Shown in pieces: positions 56,931-64,000 of a stretch of 64,000 nt of DNA. A program made the translations under genes and the position numbers. How positions within the stretch are numbered: the first letter of the stretch is position 1; each line of letters opens with the position of its first letter. The notes under the pieces are model-generated. The model was not told the DNA's origin. It saw only the letters and a list, made by a program, of their open reading frames with translations, and searched no databases. Source of the DNA: Candidatus Poribacteria bacterium (GTDB lineage: Bacteria > Poribacteria > WGA-4E > JAJDTR01); assembly GCA_965222225.1 (NCBI GenBank), contig CBDCTK010000002.1, positions 768,001 through 832,000 on the forward strand. The letters are read 5' to 3'.

Positions 56931-58940
56931 TTAAATTAGGTCCGGATCGGCGATGATTTCAACCATACTCGGACCGTCGTGAGAGAGGGCGTCCGTTAAG
57001 GCACGGTCTAAGTCGTCTTGGTTAGTGACGCGAATGCCTACCGCGCCACAGATGTTAGCGTATTCCGCAAAGTTCGGATTGTGCAGCGAGGTTTGCCAAA
57101 CATCCCAATGTCCGGCGCGCTGCTCTTTGGTGATTTTCCCAAGTTGGTTGTTGTTTAGCAGAATGTGAGTGATGTTCATGCCGTATTTAACCGCGGTGGT
57201 AAGTTCAGCCATGTATTGTCCGAAACCACCATCGCCGGAAACCGCAATCACGCGCCCACCTTTGTAGCGCGGATCGTTTTCTCGAGTTGCGGCAAACGCG
57301 CCTATCGCCGCCGGATACGCGAAACCGATCGAGCCCAAGTACCCGGACATAAGAATTGATTGCCGCGTGCATTCGAAATACCGACCAAATGAGTAGGCGT
57401 TGTTTCCGACGTCCACAGCGATGATTGCATCATCGGGTAGTTGCCTGTTCATGGCTGCAAAGACAGACGCGGAGTTGATTCCTTTTCCGCGGGTCTCAAG
57501 TAGCCGTCGTTCTTTCTCGGTTCTCCAGATTTTCCAACGCTCAGCAATTTCCGGACGTTGATTTATTGTGTCAGTCTTTCCAGTGAGGGCGTTAGAGAGT
57601 AGTTCCATCGTAACACCAATTTCTCCCCAGACAGGTACATCAACGGCGTGAAATTTGCCCAATGTCATTGCGTCAAAGTCAACTTGGATGGTCGGCTTTT
57701 TGTCCGTAATACCAGTATGGTTGCTGAAACTGGCGCCGAGTACGAGCAAGCAGTCAGATTCGTTCATAAACCAACTGGCGATTGGCGTGCCGCTCCGACC
57801 AAGAACACCGCAACCGAGCGGGTGTTTGTCAGAGATTAATCCCTTGCCTTTGAAGGTGGTAATTATCGGGCAATCGAGTATTTCGGCGAAGGCAGTAATT
57901 TCGGGCATATTGAAACGAGCGCCGTGTCCCACGATGATGACAGGCCTTCTTGAGTTTCGGAGCATGTCAATGGCTTTCTGCAGAGAATCCTCCGGGGGAG
58001 AGATTGCCCGTAGTGTAACTCGTCCTTCAGGAGAACCGGCTTCAGCACCTTCCGCCGCGGGTAGGGTCTGCACTTCATCCGGAAAGATTAAGTGTGAGAC
58101 TCCACGATTTAGTATGGCACTTTTGCATGCGAGGGTCATGAGCTCGGCATGTTTGCTGGTATGCAGCACGGATTGTGTCCACTGGGCGACTTTGCCGTAT
58201 GCCGCCTGTAAATCAATCTCCTGAAAGGCGCCGGGTCCGAGGACCTGAGTGTCAACTTGGCCGGTCAGCGCCCATCTTGGCGCCCGGTCAACGTTGGCGT
58301 CCCAAAGCCCCGTCAGTAAATTTGTCGCCCCGGGACCCGCGATTCCAAGGCAGGCAGCCGGCCGTCCTGTCAGTTTGCCGTATGCCGATGCGGCGAACGA
58401 TGCGGCGCCTTCATGGCGAATCCCGATATAAGTCAACTTACCGGCTTCCTCCTGCTCCCGTAATGCGTCAGCCAATCCCAGATTGGAGTGGCCAACCATG
58501 CCGAACACGTGGCGTACTCCCCAATTAACCATCGTTTCTACTATCACATCGGATACTGTACGAATTCGTGGTTGTTCCGGCGCTAATCCGACATAGATGC
58601 CGTCTGATTTTTCTTGCACCGGATAAGTTTCGACTCCATCATCATAACCACCAAGAGGTTTACCGGTAAGTGGGTGGAAATCCCATCCATGCCATGGACA
58701 TCGCAACCATCCCTGCTCTATAGATCCTTCGCCTAACGGACCACCTTGATGTGGACACTTGTTGTCGAGTGCTGCATACTTCCCTTCAAATCGAGTCATG
58801 CAGAACGTCTTGTGCGCACAGGTAATCGATTTAACACGTCCCTCGGGTAACTCATCAATGTCGAGCGCTTTATACCAAATCCGTCCTGCCTCCTCGGTGT
58901 TCACGCCTGCTTCCGTTTCTTCTCTTTTTTCGTGTTCCAT
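56931..58940 (-). CDS. Rieske [2Fe-2S] + TPP-dependent (pyruvate oxidase-like) fusion protein
   Basis: CPHQGGPL..CPWHGW; RHEGAA, GPGATN, GDGGF..NN TPP motif. Confidence 0.9.
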   Translation of the reverse strand: MEHEKREETEAGVNTEEAGRIWYKALDIDELPEGRVKSITCAHKTFCMTRFEGKYAALDNKCPHQGGPLGEGSIEQGWLRCPWHGWDFHPLTGKPLGGYDDGVETYPVQEKSDGIYVGLAPEQPRIRTVSDVIVETMVNWGVRHVFGMVGHSNLGLADALREQEEAGKLTYIGIRHEGAASFAASAYGKLTGRPAACLGIAGPGATNLLTGLWDANVDRAPRWALTGQVDTQVLGPGAFQEIDLQAAYGKVAQWTQSVLHTSKHAELMTLACKSAILNRGVSHLIFPDEVQTLPAAEGAEAGSPEGRVTLRAISPPEDSLQKAIDMLRNSRRPVIIVGHGARFNMPEITAFAEILDCPIITTFKGKGLISDKHPLGCGVLGRSGTPIASWFMNESDCLLVLGASFSNHTGITDKKPTIQVDFDAMTLGKFHAVDVPVWGEIGVTMELLSNALTGKTDTINQRPEIAERWKIWRTEKERRLLETRGKGINSASVFAAMNRQLPDDAIIAVDVGNNAYSFGRYFECTRQSILMSGYLGSIGFAYPAAIGAFAATRENDPRYKGGRVIAVSGDGGFGQYMAELTTAVKYGMNITHILLNNNQLGKITKEQRAGHWDVWQTSLHNPNFAEYANICGAVGIRVTNQDDLDRALTDALSHDGPSMVEIIADPDLI

Positions 58941-59051
58941 GATTCTACTCCTCTCCACTATTTTGAACTCTGATTCCAGATCGACAAGACGCAACTCACC
59001 CTATGCCTAAAACATTGAACCCATAGATGTTCAACCGCGTAAGTCCCACTC

Positions 59052-60407
59052 TCAATATCCCAAACGCTTTGATGTTTCTTCAATGGCATCTCTTAGCACA
59101 TTTACGACAACATATACATCATTTTCGTTTATGGTAAAGGGTGGGCTGATAGCGATGTGGTCACCACTGACGCCGTTAACCAGACCTGGTGCACCGGGCA
59201 TGACCAATACGCCTCTATCGAAGGCAGAATCTACAATCATTGAAGTCACATCCTTTGAGGCATCAAACGGCGTACCCTTGTCCTTGTTGGCAACAAACTC
59301 CATTCCAATGAGTAGTCCCTTTCCACGGACTTCCCCAACTATTGGCAAATTTTGCAAGTCACGGAGCTTGTCGAGCATTAACTTACCCATCTCTGCACAC
59401 CGTGACACGAGATTGTGTTTCTGAATGAAGTTTTGTACGGCAAGGGCAACAGCACAGGAGAGCGGATTTCCTCCATAGGTATGGCCGTGTGTAAACGATA
59501 TTGACTTCGAGTAAATTGCGTCATATATCCTTTCATGTGCGATAGTAGCGGCAATAGGCGTGTATCCGCTGCTTAGTCCTTTTCCCGTAGCCATGATGTC
59601 GGGAGTCACTCCCCAGTGGTCAATACCAAAGTTAAGACCTGTGCGTCCAAATCCGGTCACAACCTCATCAATAATCAGCAGAACGTTATGTCGATTGCAT
59701 ATTTCTTGAATTGCGGGATAGTAATCGGGCGGTGGTGTGACGCCGGCAGCGGAAGTTCCTAGAATTGGTTCGGCGATGAATGCGGAGATGTACTCGCTTC
59801 CCTCTTGGGTGATTACCCGATCAAGTTCGTCAGCACAACTGAGGTGACAGTCGGGGTGAGTTTGTCCGTAGGGACAACGGTAGCAGAACGGCGGCGGAAT
59901 GTGTGGAAAGTCGAGAAGGTATGGAACATAGTCCTTGCGCCAAGGCGTCCGTCCAGACATCGAAAGCGCGCCAATCGTGTTTCCGTGCCAGCTCTGCCAT
60001 CGTGATATCACCTTATATTTCTTGGGATTTCCAGTTTCAATATGGTACTTACGCGCGATTTTCAAAGCGGCTTCAGTCGCTTCCGATCCGCCTGAGACAT
60101 AGAATACTCTGGATAGCCCTTCCGGCGTGAGTTCTGTGATTTTCTCGGCAAGATCGACTTGGGCTTGGGTAAGAAAACGTCCGTATGTGAAACAGACTTT
60201 ACTTGCCTGTTCTTCCATAGCGTCTACCACTTCTTTAACGCCGTGGCCGATACTCACAACGTGGACACCCGCGGCTGCATCAAGATAGCGTTTTCCTTCA
60301 GTGTCAAAGAGATAGATGCCATCACCGTGTGTAATGTATTGCCAATCCTTTTTGAGTGTCCTGTGAAAAATGCGGTCTCCGTCCGGGATTTCAAGCATAT
60401 ATGTCAC
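59052..60407 (-). CDS. Class III PLP aminotransferase
   Basis: GDGIYL.D..G.RYLD, SGGSEA.E, WHGNT, DEVVTGFGRTG, GKGLSSGY.P, HGHTY. Confidence 0.92.
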   Translation of the reverse strand: MTYMLEIPDGDRIFHRTLKKDWQYITHGDGIYLFDTEGKRYLDAAAGVHVVSIGHGVKEVVDAMEEQASKVCFTYGRFLTQAQVDLAEKITELTPEGLSRVFYVSGGSEATEAALKIARKYHIETGNPKKYKVISRWQSWHGNTIGALSMSGRTPWRKDYVPYLLDFPHIPPPFCYRCPYGQTHPDCHLSCADELDRVITQEGSEYISAFIAEPILGTSAAGVTPPPDYYPAIQEICNRHNVLLIIDEVVTGFGRTGLNFGIDHWGVTPDIMATGKGLSSGYTPIAATIAHERIYDAIYSKSISFTHGHTYGGNPLSCAVALAVQNFIQKHNLVSRCAEMGKLMLDKLRDLQNLPIVGEVRGKGLLIGMEFVANKDKGTPFDASKDVTSMIVDSAFDRGVLVMPGAPGLVNGVSGDHIAISPPFTINENDVYVVVNVLRDAIEETSKRLGY

Positions 60408-60465
60408 CTTAATGATTAGGCAATTTTTGGTGGCTGCATCTCGGCTAAAGTAGCGTTGTCCTCAT

Positions 60466-61422
60466 TTATCCTACTATCGACTTCAGTGTTCCAGTGTCAA
60501 TGTTAGCACCGCTCATTACCATCACGACGTTCTGATTTCTTAGCTCGGTTTTCAGCTTGTGCGCAGCCGCAATTGGGGCTGCTGCCGCTGGTTCTGCCAA
60601 GTTGTGCGTGTATCGTAACGCCATTCGAACGGCTTCTTGAATTTCGTCCTCGCTCACCAAGACGATTTGGTGGATCCCTTTCCTAAGAATTGACAGAGGA
60701 AGCTCGAATGGTACGCGCGTGGCTAGCCCATCCGCAATAGTTTCACATGAGTTGGTTTGGACTGGCTTCCCTGCCTTCCATGAGAGGTAGATTGCCGGCG
60801 CATTTTCCGCCTGGACACCGATAATCTTTGCCTCGGGGTGAATTGCGCGTGCTACGGTAATCGCGCCGCACGATCCGCTACCTCCTCCGATTGGCACGAT
60901 AACCACGTCCGGGTTCGGAAGTTCCTCGAAAATTTCAAGGGAGTATGTCCCCACGCCATGAAATAGCGCAGGTTCTACACAAGGATTCAAATAGTAGAGT
61001 CCACGCTCGGCTTGCAAGTTTTCACAAAACTCACGTGCCTCATCAAAGTCAGCCCCATGTTCGATGAGCTCCGCACCATAGGCACGCATCGCACTGTTCT
61101 TTTCAGGATTGTTCCCGTATGGGACAACGATTGTGGTGTGAACTCCAAATTCCCTTCCGGCAAAGGCTATCGACTGTCCATGATTTCCCCTCGTGACCGT
61201 GATTACGCCGCGCGCCTTCTGTTCATCCGGAAGCTGTGCCATGAAGTTCAAACCCCCCCGAATCTTGAAACTCCCGGTTGGCAGATGATTTTCATGTTTG
61301 ATGTGGGCGTTGAAACCGAGGAAGGTAGATAGCTCAGGGTATGGGATTAATGGAGTGGGCTTTAGAAACCGGTAGACAATACGGCGTGCTGCGATGATGC
61401 CTTGAAATGTAACCAAATTCAA
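60466..61422 (-). CDS. Threonine/serine dehydratase family PLP enzyme
   Basis: PTPL, KHEN..TGSFKIRG, GNHGQ, PIGGGS, IADGL, SGAN. TTG start after AGGGAG. Confidence 0.9.
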   Translation of the reverse strand: MNLVTFQGIIAARRIVYRFLKPTPLIPYPELSTFLGFNAHIKHENHLPTGSFKIRGGLNFMAQLPDEQKARGVITVTRGNHGQSIAFAGREFGVHTTIVVPYGNNPEKNSAMRAYGAELIEHGADFDEAREFCENLQAERGLYYLNPCVEPALFHGVGTYSLEIFEELPNPDVVIVPIGGGSGSCGAITVARAIHPEAKIIGVQAENAPAIYLSWKAGKPVQTNSCETIADGLATRVPFELPLSILRKGIHQIVLVSEDEIQEAVRMALRYTHNLAEPAAAAPIAAAHKLKTELRNQNVVMVMSGANIDTGTLKSIVG

Positions 61423-61460
61423 AGGAATCTCCCTTGTAAGTAGCCTTGATGTTTGGTACA

Positions 61461-61489
61461 ATAATAGCAGCGCTTGAGAATGCTGTCAA
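61461..61489 (-). promoter_or_regulatory. Putative sigma-70 promoter of the dehydratase operon
   Basis: TTGACA-17bp-TATTAT with extended -10 TG. Confidence 0.55.
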
Positions 61490-61598
61490 CCCAATACGTT
61501 TTGGCATAGACATGTGGTTTCATTTGACGTATATCGCTGCGAAAGAAGTGGTTGAGGCCTCTAAGACTTCACTAGCTGTGCCGGCAAAGAGGGTACAA

Positions 61599-62576
61599 AT
61601 GACAGAGTTACAGTGGCAATCCAATCTGATTGAAGTGAACAACGAAGCGGACCCAATAGAAGTCACTTATCAGAATGGTTGGACAGATGGTTTGCCCGTG
61701 GTTCCACCAACACCGGAGCGGGTAGAACACATGCTTACGGGTACGAAGCGTCCGGCAGATGAGATTATCGCGTTAATTCCGCCCAAATGGGGACGCGCCA
61801 CGGTCGAAAAGATTGCCATCAACGCTGTGATGGCGGGCTGTAAGCCGGAATACATGCCTGTGATCATTGCGGCGATAGAAGCGATGACAACCGAAGCATT
61901 CAGTTTGCATGGCATTCAGGTAACCACATCTCTTATATCACCGCTGTTGATTGTTAATGGTCCCATACGAAGAGAATTGCAAATCAACGATAGTTTCAAT
62001 GTCTTTGGCCAAGGTTGGCGAAGTAACGCCACGATTGGCAGGGCTGTCCGCCTCATCTGCACCAACATCGGCGGTGCATTGCCCGGAGAATTGGATCGCG
62101 CGACGTTCGGGCACTCGGGGAAGTTCACTTATTGCATTGGTGAAAAAGAGGAGGTCAGCCCGTGGTCACCACTGCACGTAGATCGTGGGTTCAAGGCGTC
62201 CCAAAGCACCGTTACCGTCTTTGCAGGCGCTTCACCACGGGTCATTGATGACCACGGTAGCAATACGGCTGAAGGAATCCTCAATACAATTTGCCTTAAT
62301 CTCGCCGTGCCGGGAATCGCCGCCGGAGAAATGGTCATAGTATTGAGCCCAGAGCACTCAAAGACCATTGGCGACGGTGGTTTAACCAAGCATGAGGTTC
62401 AAGGTTACGTGCACGAGCACACTAAGATTGACCATTCCCAGAAGGGCATGATTACCATTCACGAACCTGACGAGGTAGTTGTCATGGTGGCAGGTGGACC
62501 GGCCGGGCGAAGTACGATGGCTGTTTCAGGTTGGGGAGGTTCAACGCGATCTGTAACTGTGCGAATAGATACCTGA
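61599..62576 (+). CDS. Conserved hypothetical protein (GWTDGLPVVPPT family)
   Basis: GWTDGLPVVPPTPERV, ATVEKIAINAVMAGC.PEY.P, NATIGRA, SPW.PLHVDRGF. Confidence 0.8.
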   Translation: MTELQWQSNLIEVNNEADPIEVTYQNGWTDGLPVVPPTPERVEHMLTGTKRPADEIIALIPPKWGRATVEKIAINAVMAGCKPEYMPVIIAAIEAMTTEAFSLHGIQVTTSLISPLLIVNGPIRRELQINDSFNVFGQGWRSNATIGRAVRLICTNIGGALPGELDRATFGHSGKFTYCIGEKEEVSPWSPLHVDRGFKASQSTVTVFAGASPRVIDDHGSNTAEGILNTICLNLAVPGIAAGEMVIVLSPEHSKTIGDGGLTKHEVQGYVHEHTKIDHSQKGMITIHEPDEVVVMVAGGPAGRSTMAVSGWGGSTRSVTVRIDT

Positions 62577-62799
62577 TGCGATGACACCAAAAGCTATTAA
62601 TACCAGAAATTGAACTCCACGTTTTGATTCACAAAACAGGTTGTAGACACTACTGCTACCTTGGATTTGACACGTTATAGGCGGTGTGAAATTTCAACTT
62701 AAATACTGGATGGGAAATTGGCACTCACATTTAGTCCTACATCAATTTTTTGCGGAAACGAAACGTGTCTGTTGTCGTTTTGTTTGAAAGGAGCCAATA

Positions 62800-63249
62800 A
62801 TGGATGCACACACCTTGTCTCTGCCAATCAGCACTCTTAATCCGAATCAACCTTGTTCAGTGGAAATTGGCACCTCGGTTAATGAAGCTATCCGGTTGAT
62901 GCAGGATGGCAGATTTGGATGCGTGTTGGTTGTTGATGCCGAAGAAAGGCTTGTCGGTATCGTCACCGAGCGGGATTTGCTCGTTGAGATTACTGGCACG
63001 GACGCGAATCCGGAGGACGTGCTTGTTGATGACATCATGACGCCCGATCCGGAATCACTACGTGCAAGTGATCCGATTGCCTTTGCACTAAATCTTATGC
63101 ATCTGGGACACTACCGCCACGTGCCTTTGGTGTTGTCTGATGACGACAGTCGCAGCGATGAAGGCGGCTATCCGGTCGGTGTAATTTCGAGCAAGGACAT
63201 CACCAACTACGTCGCCGCCTTCTTGGAGGAGAGTACGGAGAGGAGATGA
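62800..63249 (+). CDS. CBS domain pair protein
   Basis: GCVLVVD..LVGIVTERD, IMTPDP, YRHVPLV. Confidence 0.9.
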   Translation: MDAHTLSLPISTLNPNQPCSVEIGTSVNEAIRLMQDGRFGCVLVVDAEERLVGIVTERDLLVEITGTDANPEDVLVDDIMTPDPESLRASDPIAFALNLMHLGHYRHVPLVLSDDDSRSDEGGYPVGVISSKDITNYVAAFLEESTERR

Positions 63250-63252
63250 AAA

Positions 63253-63792
63253 ATGCTATATGAGGAAGTAGTTGATGAAGAACTGGCTATCATGGATGAA
63301 ACGCCAGATGAACCTTCAAAAACGTTGAGTGCGCACGAAATCCAAGTGCCGCTGCATTCTCTAATGACCCCTCCAGTTATAATTGAAATAGGTGCGAGTA
63401 CCCAAGATGCGATTAATCTAATGATTGATCGTCACGTTGGACACGTGTTAATTGTTTCCGCCGGTATTCTGAAAGGAATTTTCAGCGAACGTGATGTATT
63501 AGTGAAGATTCTAAACCAGCCGGTGGGTAATCTAAGACAGATTCCGGTCGAACGTTTTATGAAAGCGGACCCACAAACCGCCAACGTGAAAGATTCTCTT
63601 GACACCGCAATCTTGTATATGGCGGAGGGCGGATACAGACATGTTCCCGTAGTAGATGAAGAATATCGCCCGGTTGGAACAGTGTCCGTGCGCGATATTA
63701 TTTCCCACTTGGTCGAACATTTCCCCCAAGATGTGCTAACACTTCCGCCCAAACCGATTCGCCGTGCGATGAGATCCCGCGAAGGGGCGTAA
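63253..63792 (+). CDS. CBS domain pair protein
   Basis: GIFSERD, M..DP, GGYRHVPVVD..VGTVSVRDII. Confidence 0.9.
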   Translation: MLYEEVVDEELAIMDETPDEPSKTLSAHEIQVPLHSLMTPPVIIEIGASTQDAINLMIDRHVGHVLIVSAGILKGIFSERDVLVKILNQPVGNLRQIPVERFMKADPQTANVKDSLDTAILYMAEGGYRHVPVVDEEYRPVGTVSVRDIISHLVEHFPQDVLTLPPKPIRRAMRSREGA

Positions 63793-63914
63793 ACATAAAG
63801 ATGCGGTTGCCTAAGAGCGTTAAGAACATGGCAGTATGGGAAGAGTGTGAGTCGTAACCATTGAGCAACAGGGCTTAGTGGCATGACGCCAGATGTGAAG
63901 GGTAGGGAGGTGTG

Positions 63915-64000
63915 ATGAAAAAGCGGATTCAGACCATTGAGGAGGCCACAATTTTGTTTGCTGGCGACTCCGGCGATGGTTCGCAGATAATTGGTACGCA
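63915..64000 (+). CDS. 2-oxoacid:acceptor oxidoreductase alpha subunit, N-terminal fragment
   Basis: GGAGGTG SD; MKKRIQTIEEATILFAGDSGDGSQIIGT. Confidence 0.8.
   Translation, partial: MKKRIQTIEEATILFAGDSGDGSQIIGT

Overview
Bacterial chromosomal window from a diderm organism. Candidatus Poribacteria is my best guess, inferred only from gene content: an ARC proteasome ATPase in a Gram-negative context, a LivJ-like binding protein, a ceramidase-like hydrolase and an FGE-domain protein. From left to right it holds: the 5' part of a proteasome ATPase; an Nma111/DEG7-like protease; a PfkB kinase; glpK; a sigma-54 two-component pair; an ABC binding protein; an IS5-ended non-autonomous element; rhodanese; a TonB receptor; a TPR lipoprotein/lipoprotein/zincin-PD40-Omp85/UPF0182 operon ending in a probable unannotated selenoprotein (DUF5069-like, in-frame UGA at the conserved Cys); pheA; a CPBP protease split by IS701; a ceramidase-like pseudogene; yggS-proC-yggT-lspA, def-fmt-PASTA-rpe and a class V aminotransferase; a 13.7-kb atypical T2SS/T4P-like cluster (ComEA-like HhH repeats, secretin with six N-domains); an FGE protein; a lipoate ligase; an intact IS5; argG; a dehydratase/aminotransferase/Rieske-TPP operon; two CBS proteins; and the start of a 2-oxoacid oxidoreductase alpha subunit. 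No rRNA, tRNA or CRISPR array was recognised by eye. All family calls come from motif recognition, not database searches.
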